A stretch of DNA of 64,000 nucleotides from Guillardia theta CCMP2712 (taxonomy: Eukaryota; Protista; Cryptophyta). Position 1 is the stretch's first letter; the number at the start of each line of letters is the position of its first letter. Under the pieces are notes generated by a model, which ran no database searches, was not told the origin of the DNA, and saw nothing but the letters and a program-made list of their open reading frames with translations. The stretch is taken from positions 14,027 through 78,026 of the forward strand of contig NW_005434571.1 of NCBI RefSeq assembly GCF_000315625.1. Direction: 5' to 3'. Below are positions 36,936 to 48,320 of this stretch, in pieces. A program made the position numbers and the translations under genes.

Positions 36936-38048
36936 TGTAATCTCTCGGAAGTTCTCAACGATCTTTGTAAATTGTTTGTATTGTGTCTTGACTGGTCTTT
37001 GAAGGCTGATTGTAAATATTTGTATGTTCGGCATGCTTAATGCAAAGGTGTTGATCAGGTGTTATCGTCTGGATCCTGCCCTGAAAGCCTGTACCTGTAT
37101 CAGTTTCAGAAAGAGATTGTGTAAAAATAAAATGCTTCTTGACATGAAATCCTGTTGCTTCCTGAAGAAGACTGTAAGATGTAGAACCCATCTCAAAATG
37201 ATCGGCAACCTTCTCTGCCTGATGTTGGGTTTCCCAATGCAAAGAAGACTGACCTATTTATTTCCTTGATGAAGTGCTGAACTCTGCTCCCAAGTTCACA
37301 GCGGCATCAAATATCGAATGGCCATTGCGAAAAAAATACTCATCTGACTTGAAGTATTTAAACCTCGTTGATTTATGCACTGATTTGCGGCTCGGGTATT
37401 ATATCAGAACGTCAATTCAAGAGAGTTAAGAGTCTTATTCTTTGGGCAATTGATAGGCTGCTTCCAAATTTTTGGAAGTTTGCTTCACACAATCAAACGA
37501 CATCAATGGGGAATTCCCATGCACGACAGTCAGGTCAAGGAAACGAAGAAGGTGTTTGATATATGGTGTAATGAACAAAAAATGACCTTGTCCTTTGTAA
37601 TGGACTCTCAACATCAAGAAAAGGCCTGAAAATAACGACCTGGGAAGACAATACAATCGGGTTGTCTTTCATCTCTGTCAAAAGAGATTACTTCGCAATG
37701 TCAGAAAATGCAAGGATGATGCGTGCGGTTGTGTGCGTATTGCACAAGCAAGAATGGAGAGTGATACACGATCGTCAATTGTGATCGCATATTGTTCTGC
37801 AACTACAGCTACAATAGAAATCATGGGGACAAGAGTTGAAGAGTACAGGAGGATAACACAAGCGTCATCTACCTGCACGTAGGTTGCAACACTAATCCAG
37901 GCCCAATGACGTGTGATTTTTTGTATTTAAGAAACCATTGAATGCAATGTACAGACAGAAGTTTAGTTGATGAATGCATGAGTGCGCTCAAAATGCTCAG
38001 TAGCGAGGCGAAGGTTATTTACAACATCGAATAAAACTTAAAGATATC

Positions 38049-38279
38049 CTAGCAAAGCGTTGATAACAGGTCGTTCACCGTCCTAGTTTGCTGCTTCTCC
38101 GTGATGGACAGTCTCTTGAAGTCAACTGTCTCAAATTCGTCAACCCACTCAGCAGCTTCCTCCTGGATGTTGAAATCGAGCATCAGGTTCAAGCTCGAAG
38201 ACACAGGAGAGATGCTTGGAGATTCTCCAAAGAAGAAGTCGAACGCTTCCTTCCTGAGAGGCTCTGCGATCTCAGCCAT
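38049..38279 (-). CDS. Microprotein family member 1 (76 aa)
   Basis: PLRKEAFDFFFGESPSISPVSSSLNLMLDF...EW; shared with the ORFs at 39863 and 42052. Confidence 0.78.
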   Translation of the reverse strand: MAEIAEPLRKEAFDFFFGESPSISPVSSSLNLMLDFNIQEEAAEWVDEFETVDFKRLSITEKQQTRTVNDLLSTLC

Positions 38280-38390
38280 CCTCTTCCGGCTACCTCGAGC
38301 ACTTCTGTGAGCTTGGGCGACCTCGTGCTGTGTGGACGTGGAGGAGCAAGCGGCTTCACGTTCTGTTTGCTTATGAGTTGGTGACCCTCA

Positions 38391-38396
38391 TTTATA
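38391..38396 (-). promoter_or_regulatory. Putative TATA box of microprotein 1
   Basis: TATAAA on the minus strand ~110 bp upstream of the ATG. Confidence 0.4.
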
Positions 38397-38829
38397 AAGA
38401 TTTAAACATAGAATGTTCGATACAGATGCCGAACGTTGAGGTTTAACTCTATTTGATAGCATTGCGATAAAAGAACCCGTCTTTTTATGTTGCAATCTAG
38501 GGGTAGTCGTATACGTGTTACACGAACCCGCCAGAGGTCCGGAGGGACATTAGCGAAAAGTATCATGATCGTCTGCTCTTCCTTCGTTGCATCTCGGTAA
38601 TGACCTCCGGGAACCACCAGCGCTGACCGGAGGTTTTCTGCCCTGAGCTCATAACGGATTGTAAGTCGTTATCATAAGACAAACATTCTGCCCACGTTTG
38701 AATCCAATTGAGTCAACGAGGCGGGTTGTTCAAACTCTACGAAAAACTTCGTGCTAGCAGCTCCGCCGGAGTAAACCCGGTGATCTCCTAAAACTACTGA
38801 GAGCCTTTCGCCTCGTTCACGTGACGTGT

Positions 38830-39340
38830 CAGATACCGCAATGCAGCATCTCAGTCCGTACGGCGCGGCATCCAGCGGAGGAGCACCAGTGGCGGCCGGC
38901 GGCGCCCGCGGCCCGCCGCGGCCGCGGGACTCCTGGACTGTCCGGCTCGCCGGGCGGCCGGACCCGGGCGGCGGCCCGGCCTGCCACCGCTGGCAGTCAC
39001 GGAGCCAGCAGTGCCGCGGCGGCCCGGTGCCCCGGCCCGTGGCCGGCGGGGCGGGTTTGGACCGTACCGGAGTCCGTGACGGACGGTGCCACGGCCCGGA
39101 TCGGACGCCGTGACGGCCCCGGGACGGTGATCGCCGGGATCATGGCTGCGGGCCCGGGGCGCCGTCCAACTTGGCAACTTGGCGCGGCAAGGCCCGGCGC
39201 GACCGGCCGCCGGTCAGGGTGTCGGAACGGGCAGTCACTGGCCGGGCACCGGCGCGGCCGCGCGGCGCGGCGGCCGAGCCTGCCGCGCCCTGACTCACTG
39301 AGTCAGTGAGGGCCGCGCCGGGCTCAGTACTACTAAGAGT
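38830..39340. repeat. GC-rich island 7
   Basis: Same vocabulary (accgtaccgg, tgactcactgagtca, aacttggcaactt). Confidence 0.75.
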
Positions 39341-39550
39341 CAATAGTGTGCAGACACCATGTCAAAACCTATGGGCAGGTTTCGGTCAGGCAGGCTATAC
39401 AGTTCAACTGTTGAACGTTCCAGCACCCCGATTCTTTCAACGGCGGTTGGCACTGCGTCAAGAGCAGCGTTTGTCTATGCCACCGATAGTACAGCGAGTC
39501 CGACTTGAAAGTTTAAATGAGTCGGATTCAGTCTGCCACTGTGTATAAGT

Positions 39551-39572
39551 CTAAACCCTAAACCCTAAACCC
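39551..39572. repeat. Interstitial telomere-like repeat (CCCTAAA/TTTAGGG) x3
   Basis: ctaaaccctaaaccctaaaccc. Confidence 0.7.
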
Positions 39573-39862
39573 TTTTTCATGCAAGGACTATGTATTGTTG
39601 AGATCATGGACGAATGGACCTCCATAGAAAATTTTTGCTCAATATCAACACTTCACGATGACTTGAGAAATCTCTCTCAAGTCTAATCGCACCTGTTCTG
39701 TTGAATTGTGCCCTATGTGCGCAGTTAGACAACACACCGACAAAAATAGGATGGAATCCTGTCCGCCTTAATGAAAGTTTCCTTTTATCACTAGAACGAA
39801 AATGAAGATGGGGTTTCTATGCAGTTGGGTTTAATGTACATAAACATACGTTCGGCCAGGTT

Positions 39863-40054
39863 CTAGGAATATGTTGGTCCCCAATTTCTTTTCAGCGAAT
39901 TTTCCTCGGGATGAGAGTCTGAAGTCCATTGCAAATCCTCCACAGCCATGCTAAAATCCAACATTAGATTCGAGCTTGATGAAACTGGAGAGACAGTCGG
40001 AGACTTTCCGTAAAAGTTTTCGAACATGTCTTTTTTGCATGGTTGATTCATCAT
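39863..40054 (-). CDS. Microprotein family member 2 (63 aa)
   Basis: PCKKDMFENFYGKSPTVSPVSSSSNLMLDF...QW. Confidence 0.7.
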   Translation of the reverse strand: MMNQPCKKDMFENFYGKSPTVSPVSSSSNLMLDFSMAVEDLQWTSDSHPEENSLKRNWGPTYS

Positions 40055-41005
40055 TTGATCTTCAGAAGGGAGACAGTAGAGGTCTTATGGATGTCCTTCT
40101 GAATAGCGTTGCGTAGTGTGCCCACTTTAGTTAACCTTCAGAAAGGGGTTAAGATCTAGGTTAAATCCATAGATGATCCTAGCTAAAGATTCCGGTTATC
40201 AATTTGTACCACAACCATTGCTTTTTTTGAACTGTCAACCACTTGTTCCATCGATGCATTCATGCGGTTGCCATGCTATGCAGAAAGAATGCAGATCTGA
40301 TGCGTATGCGAAGGTTGCGTTGCACTCATATGAGATTGTAGCTTCAGGGATATTGCATGAGCGGCTCATGCAATATCCCTGATGCTGTCAATGCAGGAAA
40401 TCAACGACATGAAACGTACAGTATGAAATCTTTTATTGCATGAACTTCCTAAATTCAAGCTCAAGCTCACGATATTTGTGTCCCCTTCAGGATTAATGTC
40501 TCCAATCCTTGGTGACTACAAATGAACTCACTGGAATCTGCATAGCTTGACACATGCACAGGAAGCGGTGACGTTAGCCCGTTGGAATATCCTCTTTACC
40601 TCTGCCTGTTCGTGAACATATGCATGTTACTATGAAAAGATGCTGTATGTTAATCATATGTACCGTTGAACATTACATTTGGATTCGTTATCATTGTCCT
40701 CGTTGAATACACAACAGGAAAGCTTTCAGCAACACAATCTTGCTGTCTCAGAGATGTTCAACAGCGAGCAACAAGAGCTGATAAAGAGTGAGGGTGAGCT
40801 CATGTGTGCAGGCTGGCATGAGTCTATGCTGACAGGATGATAGTTGATGTTATGTTGTCAGTCAGATGGAGAGGCAGAGGTACACGAGAAGGAAGTCGGA
40901 CGAGGCTGCGCACGCCATGTGTACGCTGTGTGGAACGCCCTGCCAGGGCGCCGCTCGTCGGCTTTTACCGAGAAGTCGAACCGTTGTGATTTAGCTATTC
41001 AAACG

Positions 41006-41056
41006 CTATTCAGGCCCTGAATAGTGACATAGGAAACTATTCAGAGCCTGAATAGT
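41006..41056. other. Two tandem short inverted repeats CTATTCAG-N3-CTGAATAG
   Basis: 41006-41024 and 41037-41055; identical arms, different 3-nt spacers. Confidence 0.85.
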
Positions 41057-41792
41057 GTCTGAATTCAGAGCCAAGTTAAGTAAAACTTTAGTACCTACGC
41101 TACGCAATTCAGCGCTTCCATAAGACCTCTAGTGACAGCAAGCGGTGTCGAGTATGACTGTCAGCCTGCAAGGCAAAGCACAGACAAACTCCTGTCCTTT
41201 CCTCTTGCGACTTGCTGATTGAAACCCCTTAGTCGTTCAACCTTTCCCCCACAGTCACGCGACAACAGACCAACGTACTACTGTACGTGGCTACGTTAAT
41301 TTAACCTTACCTGCTGACCATATACGTCACACGCACTCAAAACGACGCGATCTTGAGAACTGATTGACTGTCATGGCACTACAGTCATGTCCGAAACAAA
41401 CATCTACCCCCTACTTTGACCTTAGTCTCACCCCTTGTGATACTGATGCTGACCACAACGTTCTGCGGAGAGGCCTATCAGGTGTAGGGGTGGCAAGGTA
41501 CGTTTTCGGTACAAGAGAAGCAGATTTCAGGTGTCAAGGGGGGTGGGGGTACGATACATCCTTTTGATCATGCCTCACAAGAAAGATGGCGGGACATTGC
41601 TGAAACGATGGGGTCTGGGTGAATTCGGGTGGGGTCCTTTATAGCAAAAAAACTCTATCCAGATGGGTACGTAGTCAAAAGGGTGGGTACCTTCAAGGGG
41701 TAACACATACGGCTGTCAGATAGGAGCAAAGCTTAACGGCAAATCCTTTTAAAATTTATTTTAACTTCTCAAAAACAGTTTTACACAATTAG

Positions 41793-41802
41793 TATATATA
41801 AG
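41793..41802 (+). promoter_or_regulatory. Putative TATA box of microprotein 3
   Basis: tatatataag ~250 bp upstream of ATG 42052. Confidence 0.35.
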
Positions 41803-42051
41803 ATGAGTCCCTTTTTAATCCACACCCGTGCCGCCCCCCGCACCCTCATCGAATCCCTCCACGCTTGTTGTGGCATCAGCACCGCCAGGGCTGTTGAGCA
41901 GGAAGAAGCAGCCAACTGTTTCAGCTGTGGCTGATTTCCTCTGTCCTGCACAAGGAAGACTTGTGGACCGGAGCCAGCACGAGTGGAGATCGTGACCGTC
42001 TCTGAAACACTGCGATCTTTGACAAGCGGGACAACCAGCTGTGGTGAAACA

Positions 42052-42324
42052 ATGATGTCACAAGATCCACTGGACAAGGAGGCCTTTGATGCTTTTTTTG
42101 GGAAATCTCCCTCTGTCTCTCCGGTTTCCTCACATAAAAACCTGATGTTAGATTTCAACATTGGAAACTACCCAGCAGAGTGGATTGATGATTTTGAGGC
42201 GATGGATTGGCTAAAGAATTGCGATCTTGAAAGGGCAACATCGAATTCATCGGACTGTACAGATGTAGAAATGGAGGATGCGTGTAGGTTTGATTCAGTA
42301 GTTTCCAGGACAGATTCTTTTTGA
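42052..42324 (+). CDS. Microprotein family member 3 (90 aa)
   Basis: PLDKEAFDAFFGKSPSVSPVSSHKNLMLDFNI...AEWIDDFE. Confidence 0.78.
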   Translation: MMSQDPLDKEAFDAFFGKSPSVSPVSSHKNLMLDFNIGNYPAEWIDDFEAMDWLKNCDLERATSNSSDCTDVEMEDACRFDSVVSRTDSF

Positions 42325-42619
42325 GGTGGTATTCTTTTTAATAAGTTTAACAGCATGAATTAAAGCGTGAAGATAAAAGCTATTACCCCTCTTGCATACA
42401 AAATATTCTGATCAGTCATATTATGGAATTGATTACTTAAAACTATAAAAACCGTGTATACTGCACACATTTCTATGGTCGTCATGTTTCATCTCTTGCA
42501 AGATGGTCAACAGACTCTGGTAAACTTATATAAACTGCTAGTTTCCACTTGAAATCGGACACGCTTGAGAACCTGCCTGCCTAGTTCTATGTTTCTGTGC
42601 CATGGCGGATAGGAAAGTC

Positions 42620-42865
42620 AGGCTCGCCGATCTTCTGTGGGCAGGCCGGGGCCTACTACAGCGACCCGCCCGTGGCTCTGGGCACCGAAGTTGAATGATG
42701 ATTGCTCAAGTTTTTTCTTTGAGCTCGGACTCGCAGCCTGAGTGTGAGGAAAGTTACTGCGGCGCTGAGACTTGAGACTTGGCCGGGCAGTGGAAGACCG
42801 TGACTGTGTGGTTCTTCAAGATCCTGACTCGCCGGACGGTTTTTAACAACTTGGCAAGTTAGAGA
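42620..42865. repeat. Short/degenerate GC-rich island 8
   Basis: ggccggggcc, gactcgc, aacttggcaagtt words. Confidence 0.5.
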
Positions 42866-42938
42866 TGAAACGCGAGGAACGGATCGAAACTATGTTCTAC
42901 CTTCAACACTTCCGAAGGCCCAGGACCTGAAAACACCT

Positions 42939-45900
42939 TCACTCCGCTCGCGTGTTTCGATACGCCACGTATCGCTGGTGCCCATTGCTGTGCATGGCCC
43001 AGCTCTTGTAGTCCTTGAGCGACAGCTGCAGCTCGCACACGTGAAAGTTGACCCCCAGCCGATGAGTCTCCTCGTTGTCAAGACGGACGTTGAGACACAC
43101 GTCTCGGTATGCTCCTGACTGCTGCGACGTGAAGTCCGGATCGAACCGATTCTTAACTCGCAGGATGACGAGCTCCTGGTCCTCGCAGATCCCTTTTAAG
43201 CATCTCACGATCTCTTCCAGGCTCTCGAACACCATTGATTGCCGCACCACGTCGAGCAGCCTCCACACTTTCCCCTTGTATGACCTGTGCAGCTTCTCAA
43301 TCGACCGATCGAAGCCCTTGAGCCTTGCCCAGCCGTGTAGAGCCGCCGTCTCCTGCCCCTCATACCTCACCCACCTGATCTCACTCTCATCCCCCGCCTT
43401 CTCCTGCACAAGCCCTCCCCACCGCTTCAGCAGCTCCTTCACCTTGCGCAGGAAGGGAAGCTCGAGCAGCATCGCCTGATTGTAGAGCTGATCGAGACAA
43501 GTTATCCTCGCCGCGTCATATCCCATGGGTCGTTGCAAAGATGAGATACCATGCCCGGGCTCCCCCCTTTGCAACTGGCATATGGCACCCTTGCTCCAAG
43601 CCTCAGATCCGGAAGCGACAATCTGCTTCAACTTCTTCACTTGCCCCATGGTCCCTTGGTCTGCCGTCAGCGCTCGCCACACCTCGTTATAATACTTCAC
43701 GTCGTCTTCTATCCCCAGCCATGCTCGATGGATTGCTCGTCTTCGCATCAACTGCACAGCCATCCAGCTCACCAACAACACCAATCCGGTTATAGGAAAC
43801 TGAAAGTTCCCTCCCCCCAAAGTAATGAAGTAAAATGAAATAGAAGCAACCACGGTTATGCAAGCGTTGAAGAGAACTGTCGGCAAAAATTTCTCCTCCC
43901 AAAATACCAAAGACAGTCCTGTGGTCGAAGATCCCCAGCCTAGCAAGAAGAACAACAAGGCGACCCCCGCAGAATCTCCATGCACAGCACTGCTGATCGC
44001 GGCAGCGATCCCTAGAACACCAGTCCCCCAGAAGGCGAAGGAGAAGCACACAACTCCCATGCGAGGCCTCCCAAGAATGCTCACGATGGGGCCAGAGAAG
44101 CACCCGAGGACCACGGGGAAGAGGAAGAAGACGGTGCCAGCAGCCATGTACAGAGGGGTGACAAGGCTGATGACGTTTTCAGCTCCTCGTTGCAGGTCAG
44201 TGGGATAAGTCTCATCCCAACGGGGGATGCAGGCGGCATTGTAACGGTCCCAATCACATTTGGTACCGGACTTGAGGGTCCAGCTTGTGTTTGCCAGCTG
44301 CCAGGGGCTCCCCGATGCGGAGGTGACATCCAGCCGGAAACGGACAGGGTCTCGTCCCTCGGTTCCGGAGCGACTGTCCGTGATGAAGTAGAATGCGTTG
44401 GCTGATTCGAGACTCGGGAAAGAAAAGTAGAAGATATCCCCGTCCTCCACTCCTTGGACCGCTGAGGAGGTCTTACACCCGTTCAACATCCATCCCAGCT
44501 GAAGAGAATAGTTCCCTCCTGCTGAAACTGAGTCCTGCCTTCGTTGCAGAACTATCATCCTTGCCGATCTGACTTGAAACACTTGCTTGCGCATGTACGT
44601 TTGCCATAATCCTCCTTCCCCGAAACCGCGGACTGCATAGAAGATACCCCATATAATCAGCAGCGCCTTGAACCAGGTCTTCTGCATCGCTAGCGTGCAA
44701 GGGATGGAAGTGAAGAGCACGCTGGATGCTGATGACTTCTTCACTGCATGCTGCAGCTCCTGGAGTCTTTTTCCAAGGGTATCCCCAGCAAACAGGCATC
44801 TCTGTCTCAACAAGTCCTTGTGTCTCTCTTCGTCCGTCAAGGTGTGAGCAGCAGATCGGAAGAGTGAGTTCAGGGACCCGGCCTCCCTTCCCGTCTCCGC
44901 AAGCGTTTCAACCAGGACCCTCGAGAGTTTATGGATCTTGTGATGCTTCAGTCTCCGGATCCAAGCGGAACAATCAAGCCTCGACCAAAACAACAAGCAT
45001 CTGATGGATATGTTCACCTGATGCATTCTCCGGTACCCCTTCAAGTCTTTCAACATGCTCGTGGTGGCGGCAGATTGCAGACAAGTCAGGACTAGACGGA
45101 TTTCACACACAAATGCACAAATGCCGTAGAACCTTGTTTGCTCTGTGATCAACCGTGCCTTGAGACACACATCCCTGACGTGTCCCAAGTTTTTGACCTT
45201 GTCCCTCCCAGCGAGTCTGTTCTTCAGGCTCACAATGACCACTTCTCTGTCTTCCATCAGAGTCTGCAGACAATCTGCGATGTCTTGTATCCTATCGAAC
45301 ATGATACTCTGCCGCACTAGATCCGTATGTCTTGCAACATCTCCATGGTATTTGCGAAGAATCTTTTCGCAGCTAGCTTCAAAGCTCTTCATAGGGGTCT
45401 CTTCAAAACGAGCTGTAGACCCGTGAGCGGTCTGCAGTCTTTCAACGAGGACCAACAACTTGTCGACTAACAGTTTCTGCATCGTCACTCCCTGAGCGTT
45501 CAGTTGGTCAAAGTTCGTGATTTCCTTGGTTTCAGCAAGCGATACACTTGCAAAGGAGGTGAAGGCCTCGGATGCTGCAAACTTGGAGGGAGTGCGAAAT
45601 CTTCTCGACGAAGCAAATGTTTCGAGGGCTCGAATCCTATCCATGTCTGTCCTTGAATCCTCCTCGGTTACTGGATTGTATGCCATACGAAATTGCCGCA
45701 ACTTCGCCGTCTTGCGTGCTTTTCTGTGACAAGCCTGTGCAACTTCCTCCAGCAGCATCAAGCTTGATTCCTCTCCCTCGGATAGAAAGTCCTCCCAGAC
45801 CTTGTCGAGCTTGGCCTGGTGCATCATGGCAGACTTGCGGGAGGAAGCCCTGTGAGATTCACGGACTGCTATTAGGAAAAGAAAGAAGAACAACTCCACA

Positions 45901-47070
45901 GCTCTGATGTATGCCCCGTCTGATTTCAATGCAGCTTCGACCACGAGGAGGAGTAATGATGATGCCGCCCCGAGCTCCAACACCAAGCACTCGTGGAAGA
46001 CGAGGGGACAAGGAAACAGGAACAGTATCTGCAGCAAACAAAGTCAGGTGAGCAGGAGGAGCGCGGCTGAGCAGTACCGTGAGGCTCTCGATCAGCACAA
46101 CGTAGTCTGCCTTCAAGTTGCAGCTGCTCACCCTCACGATGAACTGAGAGATGCCAACGACGGCAGCAAGGAAGTATCCCAAGCACACGCTCTGCGCACA
46201 ATCTCATCACTCGTACATCATTGCTATCTTTGGTAACGCTCTTGCCTGCACTGACGACTTACACTTGCCCCAACTTGCGCATACAACAGCAAGCAAGAGC
46301 CCGAGCCCTTTCAACAATCGCTCAACGATGCTCGCGAAGGCAGGCCACCGGCATGTGATAGCGTTCCAATCGATCTGATACAGTTGTTTTGGCTGCCACG
46401 GAGGAAAACCCCTCGAGAAATCTTCCATGGGCACGTCTTCACCCACTGAGACAGTCGCGACGCGAGCTAAGGACAGCATGGACGGCATCACGTACACTCT
46501 CCAGTGCTCGCCATCACTAGACGACTCAAGCGTGAATTCAACGGGGAGGAGGCCACTACTTATGTTAGGGGTGATCAAGTAGAAGCCGTTGAAAGAGAGT
46601 AGCGAATCTGATCTCAGGGTCAAGGACGCTTTTGCCCCCCGTTGTACATAAAAGTGCTCCTGGTCGTTTGAGACTCCTGGCATCGGAATCATGCAATTGC
46701 CTTTCAGTACCCCAAAGGATTGTATCCCAGGAGAAGTTATTGCAGGCCCTGCCAGTCCATTCTGAAGCTTTCTTGCTGTGAAGCGAAAGTAGCGAGCGGG
46801 CCCTTCCGCTTCTTGGATGCTCCCAAACGACCATAGCGCAGATTCAAAGGGAGGTGCGAAGAATAGCAGGAAAGCAACCAGGACCAGAGCCACTCGGAAT
46901 ATCCTCGCGGAAAGAAACCAAGTGAAGGGGTGAGGTGAGCACAGAACTTCGAACAGTTTCTGCGAGGCGATCTTTGTCCACGCGGCTTCAAGAGAATCCT
47001 GCAGTCGGTGACCCTTCCCCTGGCTGCTGGCAACAAGATAGTCGAGCCATACCTGAGGAAACTCGGCCAT
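42939..47070 (-). CDS. ~1342-aa internally duplicated multi-pass membrane protein with two RelA/SpoT-like nucleotidyltransferase domains; exons 47070-46246, 46191-46078, 46028-42939
   Basis: C-terminal domain RLKGFDRSIEK-LLDVVR-RVKNRF-GAYRDV-CELQL-GHQRY; internal degenerate copy PMKSFEASCEK-HTDLVR-SLKNRL-GHVRDV-CEIRL; each preceded by a TM, a soluble loop domain and several TMs; introns of 54 nt (GC-AG) and 49 nt preserve frame. Confidence 0.85.
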
Positions 47071-47689
47071 GGAGAGTGGTTCAGAGGAGATGCATTTACA
47101 GGTGTTGCCTCCCTCCCTTCACAAGGCCACCACCACCATCGTCGCTGCTATAGCATTGGGACAGCTTCACGCAATCAGGTGGTTAGGTTCCCGCGTCTAG
47201 CTAGTGCAAGGTAAGAGATTATCTAATGGACTTCATATGTTATCTTGTCATAGTATAGAGCTTATATTGATGAATGAAAACATTTTTTTCAGGAAGGAAA
47301 ATTATTGTAATCCAAACGGTTACGGATGATTGTTTTGTAACGACTGAGGCGATCTTTGAATTCTGTGTTGAAATTTCAAAATAAATGATTGATATTCGAG
47401 ATTTCCAGGTCTTATGTAACTTTATTTTATATTTTACTCTTGACCTCGACCGCATCGGTTCAAATAAAATGTTTTTTACTGATGACCGAGCCGACCTTTT
47501 GCGGCGGGAAATCATCAGCAGCTAGGGTTCAGGGTTCAACATTTCATAATAAACACCTTAGTATTTCGAGTCGATCGTATTACCCGCCCTCCCTTCCGGT
47601 CTGATCGTAGTAACAGTTTTATAGATTGTAGGGGTTTTAGCGGAAGTTAAAAAAAATAATAATAATAACCATCACTGCGGCGACCATGA

Positions 47690-48320
47690 TATGATGGACC
47701 GGCTCCTGTGCCGCCGCGGTACTATATGAGCCGTACTATGATTCCGGGGCCGAACTCAGTAATGGCACGGCCGACCGGGACTCGCCGGACTCGGAGGCTC
47801 GGAGGCCGCGCTGTCGGGACCGTACGGTACTCACTGAGTCACTCGGAACGCCGCGGGGGCCGCGCCGAAGTTCGAGTCCCGGAGGCCGGAGTCAAAACTC
47901 AGTCAGCGGCAAGCTAGTCTGAATCGACAGCGCGGCGCGGCGGCCGGACTCCCCGGCCCGGAGTCCCGGATCATGGCCGCCCGCGGCGTTCCAACTGAGT
48001 TCACTGTCGGCCACCGTCGGGCCGGGGGGGGCGGGTGACTGGTGACCCACCGTCCGAGCGATACCGTGACCGTACGGTACGGTAGTACGGTCGGTGCGGC
48101 CGCACGGTCCGGCCGCCTCGGCCGCGGCGGCGCTCAGGCCTGAGCGTCACAGTAGTATGATGGCCCCCGCCGGGCCGCCATCACGGTCCGATCACCGTCC
48201 GACTCGCCGACGGTCAGTGCCCGGCCGGGCCGCGGAGGCTCATCGGAGGCCCACATCAGTACCCGGTGGCTATCATCGCCCGGCCGGGATACCCGGGCCC
48301 GGTCGGACGGACCATACCAT
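47690..48320. repeat. GC-rich island 9
   Basis: ccgtacggtacggtagtacgg, cactgagtcactc and similar words. Confidence 0.75.
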
